A stretch of 64,000 nucleotides of DNA from a virus: IMG/VR virus record IMGVR_UViG_3300010371_000036, positions 8,289 through 72,288 of that record; one strand, written 5' to 3'. The translations under genes were made by a program, and so were the position numbers. The notes under the pieces are model-generated. The model saw only the letters and a program-made list of their open reading frames with translations, made no database searches and was not told the origin of the DNA. Numbering within the stretch: the first letter of the stretch is position 1; every line of letters begins with the position of its first letter. Shown piece by piece: positions 33,328-41,727 of the stretch.

Positions 33328-34763
33328 GCTGACTTCCTCTTCGGCTCGCGGAGCTTCGCGTCGAAGGAGTTCGGGTTCGCGCTCCCCGGCCGCTCGTACT
33401 CGATGCTCCTCCCGCCGGAGAGCATCCCGCGATCGGCGTCCCAGTCGAACTCGACGGCGAGCATCCCGCGCCCGTCACGCTGCTTCAGGATGTCGGCCTC
33501 GAGCGTGTTGTCCGGGACCGGCTTCCACTGGTACTGCCGATAGATCCCGAACGTGTTGTCGGCGATCTCCCCCCAGGCGCCGCTGCCCTTGATCCCCTCC
33601 TCCGTCGGGTGCTTGTCCGGCCGCTGCGCGATGTCCTTCCGCTGCTGCGCGGCGAGGATCGCGTGGATCTTCAGCTCCTCGGCCATCCCCTGAAGCCGGA
33701 AGAGCGCCGCCTTCTCCTCGCTCGGCTCGTCCGAGACGAGGAGGCGCTCGAAGAGGTCCGCGACGAAGACGTCCGGCGCCCGGTCCGCGATATACCCGGC
33801 CACCTGGTCGAGGTTCCGGAGGTTCGAGAGCTTCTCCCCGCTCCGCCGGCGGAACGGATTGCCCATGAACTCGACGTACTTCCCGATCTCGAGGGCGCGC
33901 CTCCGGATCGTCTGGATCTTCTCCTCGTCGAGGTTCTTCCCCTCCATCAGCTCCGAGCGAGACCAGCCGAGGGACATGCAGGCGAGGAGCTCGAGCGTCA
34001 TCTTCCCGGTCTTCTCGAAGGACCCGTAGAGCGTCCGCCGCTTCTGGCGCGCGAGGCCGAGGACGAGCCGCGCGATGAACGTGCTCTTGCCGCAGCCGGT
34101 CGACCCCGTGACGATGGTCACGCGGCCCGGCGCCGCACCCGGGAGGATCCGCCGGCGCGCCGTCGACGGGTCCTGCCCGGGCGCGAGGTCGTAGTAGTCG
34201 AGCCCCGGCAGGCCGAACGGGTAGACGTGCTCGCCGCGCATCCGGCGCCGGAGGTCGTCCGCCATCTCGTCGGCGAGGAGCCCGGAGTCGTAGAGGTACT
34301 CGCGCGTCCCCCAGCCCCGGAAGCTCTCGGAGATCGCCTTCGCCTTCGCCTCGAGGGTCTCCGGGACGTCGCCCTTCAGGATCCCCTCGAGAAGGGCGTT
34401 CACCGGGCCCGTAAGGAGCGAGTGCCGGTGGTGGTCCCAGAGGAGGCCCGCCACCGCGGCCTGGAGGTTCGCCTCCGCGGGGACGTCCGGCCGGCCCGCG
34501 AGCATCTCGGAGAGGTAGGCGACGTCGACGCCCCCGGAGGAGAGCCGCGAGAGCGTCGCGGGGTCGGGCTTCAGGCCGAGGCGCGCCGCCTCCCGGATCG
34601 CGGACCACGCCGTCCGGTGCTGCGGGACGTGAAAGACGTCCGGCGGGTGCCGGACCGCGATGGCGCGGAACGCGTCCGAGACCATCGCGGCCGCGAGCAC
34701 GACCTGCTCGTTGAACGCGTCCGCGACGAGGACGAGGTCCGCGCCCTTCCGCTCCGCCTTCAC
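33324..34763 (-). CDS. DnaB-like replicative helicase
   Basis: N-terminal EQVVLAA..F..PQHR, GSTGCGKS, SFE, VAD, AQ, IKGSG..EIAD, KQRDG. GTG 34763. Confidence 0.85.
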   Translation of the reverse strand: MKAERKGADLVLVADAFNEQVVLAAAMVSDAFRAIAVRHPPDVFHVPQHRTAWSAIREAARLGLKPDPATLSRLSSGGVDVAYLSEMLAGRPDVPAEANLQAAVAGLLWDHHRHSLLTGPVNALLEGILKGDVPETLEAKAKAISESFRGWGTREYLYDSGLLADEMADDLRRRMRGEHVYPFGLPGLDYYDLAPGQDPSTARRRILPGAAPGRVTIVTGSTGCGKSTFIARLVLGLARQKRRTLYGSFEKTGKMTLELLACMSLGWSRSELMEGKNLDEEKIQTIRRRALEIGKYVEFMGNPFRRRSGEKLSNLRNLDQVAGYIADRAPDVFVADLFERLLVSDEPSEEKAALFRLQGMAEELKIHAILAAQQRKDIAQRPDKHPTEEGIKGSGAWGEIADNTFGIYRQYQWKPVPDNTLEADILKQRDGRGMLAVEFDWDADRGMLSGGRSIEYERPGSANPNSFDAKLREPKRKSA

Positions 34764-34936
34764 GAGGGGACCGTGCGCGTCCCCGGCTTCGCCGCGACGT
34801 CCGGGTGCTCGCGGTAGGCGAGCTCCTTCGCGCAGATCGGGCGGCAGGTCCGCGCCTTCGACGGGTCCTGGTACGGCTTGTCCGTCACCGGGCCCTTGCA
34901 CACGACGCAGTCCCGGAGCTTCCTCGAGTTCTTCAT
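34760..34936 (-). CDS. small zinc-finger protein
   Basis: CVVC...TCRPIC; ATGA-coupled. Confidence 0.55.
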   Translation of the reverse strand: MKNSRKLRDCVVCKGPVTDKPYQDPSKARTCRPICAKELAYREHPDVAAKPGTRTVPS

Positions 34937-35427
34937 CGTGCGCCCGCCTTCCGCTCGCCGTCGAGCCGGTAGTCCGAGACGAGCCGCGCCGAGAACTGGA
35001 GCGGCCAGCCGAGGCGGCCGCCCTCCCGCCCGTTCGCCCGGCGCCACTCCTCGCGACCCTGCTCGCGCTGCCACGCCCAGCGCATGAACGAGACCGTCGC
35101 CCCGTAGTCACCGCCGAAGAACTTCTCGGTCAGGCTCTTCGCGGCGCTCGTCGCCATCCGCCGCGTCTTCGCGTCGAGCTCGAGAGCCTCGACCCCATAG
35201 ACCTCGCGGTGGAGGAACTCGTAGAGGACGACGAGGTGGAGGCCCCCGGCGCCGTCCCACTCCCCGCTCTCGGCCATGCGCTTCATGTCGGCGCGCGCCG
35301 CCGCGAGCTTCGCCTCGGCCGAGAGCCGGTGAGGCTTCGCCCGCTCCGCGACGAACTCCGAGAGCGTCTTCGCGCCCCGGACGAGCCGGACGCCGGAGGG
35401 CGGGTCGAACTTCAGCGGGGCGGTCAT
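34933..35427 (-). CDS. hypothetical protein
   Basis: Coupled ORF upstream of DnaB-like gene. Confidence 0.6.
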   Translation of the reverse strand: MTAPLKFDPPSGVRLVRGAKTLSEFVAERAKPHRLSAEAKLAAARADMKRMAESGEWDGAGGLHLVVLYEFLHREVYGVEALELDAKTRRMATSAAKSLTEKFFGGDYGATVSFMRWAWQREQGREEWRRANGREGGRLGWPLQFSARLVSDYRLDGERKAGAR

Positions 35428-35726
35428 CGCGGGCTCCCGGCCGCCGGCGCGGGCTGCGTGTTGACGTGCGCCTTCACGCGGCCGGCGGTCTTCAGGTACT
35501 CGTGGATCTTCTCGTTCCGGATCGGGCGCGCCGCGGCGGCGAGCTCGTTCCAGACCCGGACCGTCGCCGCCGCGACCGACTCGCCGGGGCGGACCGGCGC
35601 CGTCACGCGGAGGACCCCCGTGTCAACTCCGTGGTACGGGAAGGGCGAGTAGTGCTCGTTCCCCCACTCGACCGTCACCGTCGTCCCGGGCTCCGCCGGT
35701 TGCCCGGCGTAATTCGTCTCAGCCAT
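35424..35726 (-). CDS. hypothetical protein
   Basis: AGGAG RBS; CGCGGCA upstream. Confidence 0.6.
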   Translation of the reverse strand: MAETNYAGQPAEPGTTVTVEWGNEHYSPFPYHGVDTGVLRVTAPVRPGESVAAATVRVWNELAAAARPIRNEKIHEYLKTAGRVKAHVNTQPAPAAGSPR

Positions 35727-35796
35727 TCGAAACTCTCCTATCCCTCGGGATATGTCTCTTGCCGCGCACGCAGCGCGGCGACCTCTTGCACTCGGA

Positions 35797-38028
35797 CTAC
35801 CGACGACTCCGAACTCCGACGAGCCACTCCTTCCCGGTCAGCCAGCGCGCGCCGTCCCAGACCGTGACGTCGCGGTACCACTTCACGAAGTTCTCGACGG
35901 GCCGCCGGCCGTAGACCGCCGTGTCGAGGAGGTAGGCGAGCCGGCCCTTCTCCTTACCGTCCGCGGACCGGCAGAGCCGGCCCTTCACCTGCCCGAGCTT
36001 CTGGGCGTTGTTCCCCATCGGCGTCGCCGCGACGCCGCGGGCAACGGCGGGGACGTCGATCCCCTCGCCGATCGCCTGGTAGGTCCCGACCGCGACCCGG
36101 AGCTTGCCCTCCTTCAGCCGCGACTTGGTCCGGTCGAACTCCGCCGCCTCCGCGGCGCCGCCGAGCATCAGGCCGCCGGGGATCCCCATCTGCGCGACCT
36201 GCGCGTCGAGGTACCGCGCGTGCTCGACCCGGTGCGTAAAGACGATCACCTGCTCGCCCGAGGCGACCGCGCTCCGGACGAGCGCGAGGACCTGGGCGTT
36301 GCGCGCCGGGTCCGCCGTCATCTTCTCGAGGAGCAGGTTGAAGTCCTGCCGGTACTTGTACCAGGGCGCCGAGAAGCGCGTCGGGACGCACGCGACCTCG
36401 ACGTCGACGATCGACCCGGAGGCGAGGACCCGCTCCTCGGGGATCCGGCAGATCACCGACCCGATGAGGTCGTACGTGAAGAACTCGAGCCGGTCCTTCC
36501 GCGTGTGGTCCGCCGAGAGCCCGTAGCGCTTGCGCGCCCGGATCGGGTCGATCGCCGCGAAGACCGTGTCCGCGGGGGCGCGCTGGACCTCGTCGAAGAG
36601 GAAGACGTCGAACGCGTCGCCGAGCTCCCCGGCGCCGGCGCGGAACCGGTTCGCCATCGTCATCTGCATGCAGAGCGTCAGCGGGCGGATCGTCTCGCGG
36701 TCCCCCTGGATGTGCCCGACCTCCTCCGGCTCGAGCCCGAGCTCCTCGACGGCGCGCTCGCGCCACTGCTTCAGGAGCGCCGTCGAGCAGAGCATCACGA
36801 GCGAGCGCCGCTTGTGGTGGGCGACGATCCCGTAGCCGGAGGTCGTCTTCCCCGAGTTATGGACAGCGACCCCGTTCGCGATAAACGCGTGCGCGTGTTC
36901 GACCTGAAGATCAAACGTCATCCGCTCGCCGGCATACCGGATCCCCCGGACCCGCTCCGGGACGAGCCGTGCCTCGACGTTCCGCTTCGACTCCGTGAGG
37001 TGGAGGCCCCGATGCTCCTCGTGCGTGACGACCTCGAGGTTGTCCGGCTCGTTGTTCAGCGAATCGCCGTCCTTGTGATGTACGACCCACTCCTCCGGAT
37101 CGAGGAACCTTAGGCCCTCGCGGCCGGCCTCGACCTGGCAGAGAAAGTCGAGAAGAGAGAGACCGTTCAGGCGCGCCTCCGCAATGAGGCGATGGAGCGG
37201 AACCGTCCACCCACCCTTCGCCGGGTTCACACCGCGTCGTCCCGCAAACGGATGCTTCCGACAGACCCGGAGACGGTACCAAGGCTTTTTCGATAACCGC
37301 CCGCGCGGAATCCCGCCGTCGACGAGAACGTAGTCGCCCTCAACGAGATCACAGAGTGGGACCCAACCGAACGGGGTTTTGAACCGATGGTCGTCGGTCG
37401 CGAGAACCGGACCGTAACCGCTAACGAGAACCTCGTAGACCGGCTTCAGCCCACTCTCGACCGCGCCCCCGAGACGCGCGAGTCGGACGGTCCCGTCATC
37501 AAAAGGCGCGCGAACGTACGTCGGAATCGACGGATCCCAGATCCGATTCTGGGCACGGCCCCCGTTGAACATCCGGACGACGTGGGAGAGCTTCATCTGG
37601 GAGCCCTTCCCCGCACGGTTTACGCCGATCAGTGCGTCACCGTCGATACAACCCGTCGGGGAGATGACGAGCCCGTGGTCGTGGGCGTCGGTCGCCGCGA
37701 CCATCTCCCGCTGGTAGTCGCGCGGCGCCTTCCGGTGGTCGGGGAAGTCCGGCTCCGGGTGACGCCACGTCCGCCGGTCGTCGAGGACGGAACCCGGGTT
37801 CCGTCCGAGGACCTCCTCGACCTTCGCGAGCCCGCCGCGGGGGACCGTCAGGTTCCCGTCCGCGTCGTGCTCCCAGGTCTTGTACGTCGGCGGCTCCTCG
37901 CCGGCTCGGCGCGGGTCCTTCCCGAAGTTCGGGTTCGCGTGCGTGAACGCGGACCGGATCGCCTGCGCCTGCGCCTCCGAGAGGCTCTCGAGCGGGACGC
38001 GGACCCGGCCGTCGACGACGATCCTCAC
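35797..38028 (-). CDS. SF2 (DEAD/ResIII-like) helicase containing an intein
   Basis: PRDYQ, SPTG|SGKT, FDEVQ, GLSA, EGIDVP, QVKGRLCR. GTG 38028. Confidence 0.9.
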   Translation of the reverse strand: MRIVVDGRVRVPLESLSEAQAQAIRSAFTHANPNFGKDPRRAGEEPPTYKTWEHDADGNLTVPRGGLAKVEEVLGRNPGSVLDDRRTWRHPEPDFPDHRKAPRDYQREMVAATDAHDHGLVISPTGCIDGDALIGVNRAGKGSQMKLSHVVRMFNGGRAQNRIWDPSIPTYVRAPFDDGTVRLARLGGAVESGLKPVYEVLVSGYGPVLATDDHRFKTPFGWVPLCDLVEGDYVLVDGGIPRGRLSKKPWYRLRVCRKHPFAGRRGVNPAKGGWTVPLHRLIAEARLNGLSLLDFLCQVEAGREGLRFLDPEEWVVHHKDGDSLNNEPDNLEVVTHEEHRGLHLTESKRNVEARLVPERVRGIRYAGERMTFDLQVEHAHAFIANGVAVHNSGKTTSGYGIVAHHKRRSLVMLCSTALLKQWRERAVEELGLEPEEVGHIQGDRETIRPLTLCMQMTMANRFRAGAGELGDAFDVFLFDEVQRAPADTVFAAIDPIRARKRYGLSADHTRKDRLEFFTYDLIGSVICRIPEERVLASGSIVDVEVACVPTRFSAPWYKYRQDFNLLLEKMTADPARNAQVLALVRSAVASGEQVIVFTHRVEHARYLDAQVAQMGIPGGLMLGGAAEAAEFDRTKSRLKEGKLRVAVGTYQAIGEGIDVPAVARGVAATPMGNNAQKLGQVKGRLCRSADGKEKGRLAYLLDTAVYGRRPVENFVKWYRDVTVWDGARWLTGKEWLVGVRSRR
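36856..37650 (-). mobile_element. intein (265 aa) with HNH endonuclease in SF2 Walker A
   Basis: Begins CIDGDALI, block B ATDDHRF, HRLIAE...VHHKDGDSLNN..DNL, ends NGVAVHN|S. Confidence 0.9.
37785..37806. repeat. 22-bp palindrome copy 9 (in helicase N-terminal region)
   Basis: Perfect; read as GRNPGSV. Confidence 0.95.
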
Positions 38029-38252
38029 GCGAGGACCCACCCCGCGGCGCGGAGGAACTCGTCCGCCGCCTCCTTCGTAGGGAACTCCGTCCACTCGGCG
38101 TAGAGCGAGGGTCGCGCGTAAACGCACGTCGGGAAGACGCACGCGAGCGTATAGACATCCGGATAACCCAGGGTGACCGGGCGACGGACTTGCCTGCACT
38201 CGACCCCCGCGTCGATGTTCCACGGCCCGACGGTACCGCGATCCTCAGCCAT
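38025..38252 (-). CDS. hypothetical protein
   Basis: AGGAG RBS. Confidence 0.55.
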   Translation of the reverse strand: MAEDRGTVGPWNIDAGVECRQVRRPVTLGYPDVYTLACVFPTCVYARPSLYAEWTEFPTKEAADEFLRAAGWVLA

Positions 38253-38287
38253 AGCTCCTAGCTCCTCCGAGTCCGGGAGAATGCCGC

Positions 38288-38309
38288 GGACGGAACCCGG
38301 GTTCCGTCC
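38288..38309. repeat. 22-bp palindrome copy 10 (abuts TAG stop)
   Basis: Perfect copy. Confidence 0.95.
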
Positions 38310-38527
38310 TAGCGCCCGAGGTCCTCGCGCAGCTTCGCGAACGCCCGCGCCTGCCGGATCCGCTCCTCGGCCGTGTAGACCGACTTCGCCGTGACGCCGT
38401 ACCGCTTCGCGATCTCCGAGGCCGAGACGCCCCGGCCCCGGAGCTCCGCGATCTCCGCGTCCCGAGGCGAGAGGACCGGACCCCGGTAGGTGACCTTCGC
38501 GCCGCGCTTCTGACTGCTCCCGCTCAC
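38309..38527 (-). CDS. small LuxR/sigma-r4-type HTH protein
   Basis: LSPRDAEIAELRGRGVSASEIAKRYGVTAKSV. Confidence 0.7.
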   Translation of the reverse strand: MSGSSQKRGAKVTYRGPVLSPRDAEIAELRGRGVSASEIAKRYGVTAKSVYTAEERIRQARAFAKLREDLGR

Positions 38528-38955
38528 GTCCGTCCGGATGCCGCGCGGGAGGGCCTAGAACTCGCGATCCCGGATCGAGGGAGGGGAGCTAAGCGTTCGC
38601 CTCGCGGGATCCCGAAAACGACTACGCGCGCAGCGACACGCGGAGCGTGTCGCGCTTGTATTCTCGAGCGCAGCGAGAGAATACAAGGAAGAGAGGAAGA
38701 ATCTCCTGACTCTCGCTCTCCTGCGGAGCGCTCCTGCGCGGAGCAGCTAAGGGGATACGGGACTACGCCGAGACCCCCCGTGTAAAGCGAATTCGTGTGG
38801 GGTCACGAAAGTACGCGTCACGACGGCGCAATCCAACTCGCCGCAGAGCTCCAAACGCGTCGAGGGCGCCCGAGCCGTAGCCCGGACGCCCTCTCCCGAC
38901 TCCCGGACGGAACCCGGGTTCCGTCCTCCCCGGGGACGCGGCATCCCCCGGGGGC
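38528..38955. promoter_or_regulatory. divergent non-coding region with hairpins (candidate origin/control region)
   Basis: Strand switch; CGCGGCA motifs facing outwards at 38539-38545 (-) and 38937-38943 (+); hairpins at 38633-38653 and 38655-38687. Confidence 0.55.
38905..38926. repeat. 22-bp palindrome copy 11
   Basis: Perfect copy. Confidence 0.95.
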
Positions 38956-39210
38956 ATGAACGACCGTGAGACCGACCTTGACGCTCCGCCGAAGATCTCC
39001 CCGACGAGCGGGAGGCTCCTCATCCGCCGGCTCTGGTGGCGGCTCCTCTCCGACCGCCTCCCGACGCGCTACCGGATCCGCACGGCCCGGACCGTCGAGC
39101 GCTGGCGCCTGACGCGCTGGGCCTTCCTCCGGCGGGCGCGGGTCTCCGACCTCGCGCCGTGGCAGAAGGAGGCGCTCCGGATGAAGAAGAGCGCGGAGTA
39201 CGGACGATGA
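38956..39210 (+). CDS. hypothetical basic protein
   Basis: First gene of the plus-strand operon; CGCGGCA 12 nt upstream. Confidence 0.55.
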   Translation: MNDRETDLDAPPKISPTSGRLLIRRLWWRLLSDRLPTRYRIRTARTVERWRLTRWAFLRRARVSDLAPWQKEALRMKKSAEYGR

Positions 39211-39995
39211 CCGACGACGCCGATACGCTAGTGACGGACCCGGCGGAGCACCTGTTCCGCATGTTCGCCGCGAACATCGACGGGCAAGTGACGCTGTCGA
39301 TGTGCCGAGCCTTCGTGCGCCTCCTTGCCGCCGCGCTGGGGCCCGACGCGAAGGCTGATGGGGCGGCGGAGAAAGAGCCATCGCCGGAGCCGTCGTACAA
39401 GCTTCGTCCGCCGCCCGCGAAGCCCGAGGCGACGGGGGCGCCGGAGCCTCCCGAGCGGGTGACGCTGCATGAGGGCCACAACGGTTACTGGTACCGTCTC
39501 GGTGAGGTCGGCCTACTGTCGACGGGCCATGCTGCCGACTACATGCCCGTGGCTCTCGCCGAGCGCGAAGCGGCGGAGTTGCGGCGGCAGGTGGCGACGC
39601 AGCGCGCGAACGCTGAGCACATCGCCCACGAGCGAGACCTGGCATTCGAAGACCTCGCCGCCGCGCGAGCGCGGGTCGCGGGGCTCGAGACCGAGGCCAT
39701 CTCCCTCCGCGCCGAGCGCACCTCCCTCGCCCACCGCGTGAAGGAGCTCGAGGCGCTCGGCCTCCACTGCGCGACGGTCGCGGGGCACGTCATCCACGGG
39801 AGCGCCGAGGCGGTGATTGCGATGCAGCGGCTCGAGGCTCGCGTCGCGGCGCTCGATGGGCCGCCGGACCCTACGCCGGAGGAGGTCTACGCTCGATCGC
39901 TCGCGAAGATGAGCACCGGCCAGGTCGCGGCGGTCAACACGGTCGACATGACGGCGATCGGCGGCGGTCGGAAGGCGACGGGGGGCCACACGTGA
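39207..39995 (+). CDS. hypothetical coiled-coil protein (MTDDADT...)
   Basis: ATGA-coupled. Confidence 0.6.
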   Translation: MTDDADTLVTDPAEHLFRMFAANIDGQVTLSMCRAFVRLLAAALGPDAKADGAAEKEPSPEPSYKLRPPPAKPEATGAPEPPERVTLHEGHNGYWYRLGEVGLLSTGHAADYMPVALAEREAAELRRQVATQRANAEHIAHERDLAFEDLAAARARVAGLETEAISLRAERTSLAHRVKELEALGLHCATVAGHVIHGSAEAVIAMQRLEARVAALDGPPDPTPEEVYARSLAKMSTGQVAAVNTVDMTAIGGGRKATGGHT

Positions 39996-40687
39996 GCGAC
40001 GCGAAGCCGATGACGCCCGAGGACCTGGCGATCGCCTTGCGCCAGCGCGCCGATGCCCGTTTCGTCGGGCACGTGAACACGGCCCTCATGCTGCAAGCCG
40101 CCGACGCGTGCGCCGAGCTCGCGCGTCTCAAGGCCGCGGTGCCGGCGGATGTGGCGGGGCTGGTGGAGGAGCTGCGCGAGCTTCGCGACTACCGCCCGAT
40201 CGCCGAAGGTCCTCCGCCGGGCGTGCGGCACATTGCGTCCGGCGCCGCCGACAAGCTCGAGGCGCTGGCCCGCGAGAATGTGGAGCTGCGGCAATCAATT
40301 GTGCGCGGGGCAGACCAACTTCAAGCCGCCTTGAAGCACCATGACCATACTCTAAAGCTCGAAGTCGCGAAGCGGGCGAGCCTTCTCGCCAGCGCGCAGC
40401 GAAACGATGGCCGCATCGTGTGCACATGTGACCACCGAGGCGGCGCGCCGTGCCGCCTCCACGCTGACCTCGACTCCGCCGCCCGCAACCTCCTCGCGCG
40501 TCTCGAGGCGCTGGAGAAGGCGCGCTCTGCCCTCGACCGGCTCCGGGTCGTAAAGGTCGCCGGATGCCTTTGCTGCAACCCAGAGTACTGCGGCGACTGC
40601 GGGCCGTGCCCGAAGTGCGAGGCGGACGCCTCGATCGACGCCCTCGCGAAGCTCGACGGCGGAACGGGCGGGGAGAAGAAGACATGA
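39992..40687 (+). CDS. hypothetical coiled-coil, Cys-rich protein
   Basis: GTGA-coupled; CLCCNPEYCGDCGPCPKC. Confidence 0.6.
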   Translation: MSDAKPMTPEDLAIALRQRADARFVGHVNTALMLQAADACAELARLKAAVPADVAGLVEELRELRDYRPIAEGPPPGVRHIASGAADKLEALARENVELRQSIVRGADQLQAALKHHDHTLKLEVAKRASLLASAQRNDGRIVCTCDHRGGAPCRLHADLDSAARNLLARLEALEKARSALDRLRVVKVAGCLCCNPEYCGDCGPCPKCEADASIDALAKLDGGTGGEKKT

Positions 40688-40971
40688 TCACCTGGGAGCG
40701 CATCGCCCGCGCCGCCGCGAGAGCCGGATGGAAACCCGTCCCCCCGACGCTCCTCGATCGCCTCCGCGCCTCTCTCGCCCGAGAGCCCGACACGACGCCG
40801 TGGCTCCTCGGCTACCGGTGCTCCTGCGGCCACGTCGAAGAGCGGCGCGTCCCGAAGCACGAGCGAGTCCTAATCCGCCCGTTCCGTAACCTCGCGGCGC
40901 GAGCTCACCTCCGCGACGCCTGCCCGTTCGCGGACGGCGTGGTCGAGGAGATCGACCGGGCGGCGCCGTGA
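40684..40971 (+). CDS. hypothetical protein (MITWERI...)
   Basis: ATGA-coupled; CSCGH...CP. Confidence 0.55.
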   Translation: MITWERIARAAARAGWKPVPPTLLDRLRASLAREPDTTPWLLGYRCSCGHVEERRVPKHERVLIRPFRNLAARAHLRDACPFADGVVEEIDRAAP

Positions 40972-41079
40972 GCCGGGTACCCGAGGGGGACCTCGAGTGA
41001 GCCCCGCGCGCCGGCGCGACCTCGCCATCTTGAGGGCGGCGCTCGCGTTCTTCGCGGCCTGCCTCGCCTGGTACCTCCG

Positions 41080-41718
41080 CTAGGCCGCGCGGGCGAAGGA
41101 GGGGACCTCGCCCTTCATGTCCGGGGCGACGACGTTCGGGTCGAAGCGCGTCCCGGCGAGGGAGATCTCCGCCGCCTGGTGCATCGCGCAGCCGCGGACG
41201 GCGACCGCGCGGTGTCCGGCGTCCGACCCGTAGGAGTCGAAGCCACGGAGCTCGTAGAGGTCCGTCGCCGAGAGTGGGACCCGGAAGCCGACGTAGAGGC
41301 CGGCGCGGTAGCCGTGGGCGAGGACGAGGGTCTGCCACGCGTCGGCGAAGGCGAGCGTCGCCGCCCGCGTCCCGCCGATCCCCTCTAAGTCGAGGAAGAT
41401 GTGCGCGCCCGCCGGGTAGCCGACCGCCTTCGCGGCGAGGCAGGCGGCGTCGGCGTCCGTCGCCCCGCTGTGCGCGCCCGGGTCCCAGCCCTCGAAGCGC
41501 GGGTGCTGGTAGAGCCAGCACGCGAGGCCCTTGCCGAGGATCCGCTCGAACTCCCCGGGCGAGATGTCGAAGCGGGCCGAGACGCCCGGGAGGTTGACGT
41601 ACCGGCCGATGCCGAGGGCGCCGCGGGCGATGGCGGCGTCGAGGACGGCGTCGGAGCACGGCGCGTTCGTGTCGAGGTAGAGGCCGGGGACGGCGGGACG
41701 GGCGAGGGCGGCGAGCAT
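41080..41718 (-). CDS. putative endolysin, DUF1906/GH25-like glycoside hydrolase
   Basis: LDT...GIGRY...ISPGE...G.ACWLYQ...G..DA..A...A..VGYPAG.HIFLDLE...YRAGLYVG; AGGAGG RBS. Confidence 0.7.
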   Translation of the reverse strand: MLAALARPAVPGLYLDTNAPCSDAVLDAAIARGALGIGRYVNLPGVSARFDISPGEFERILGKGLACWLYQHPRFEGWDPGAHSGATDADAACLAAKAVGYPAGAHIFLDLEGIGGTRAATLAFADAWQTLVLAHGYRAGLYVGFRVPLSATDLYELRGFDSYGSDAGHRAVAVRGCAMHQAAEISLAGTRFDPNVVAPDMKGEVPSFARAA

Positions 41719-41727
41719 GGGGACCTC

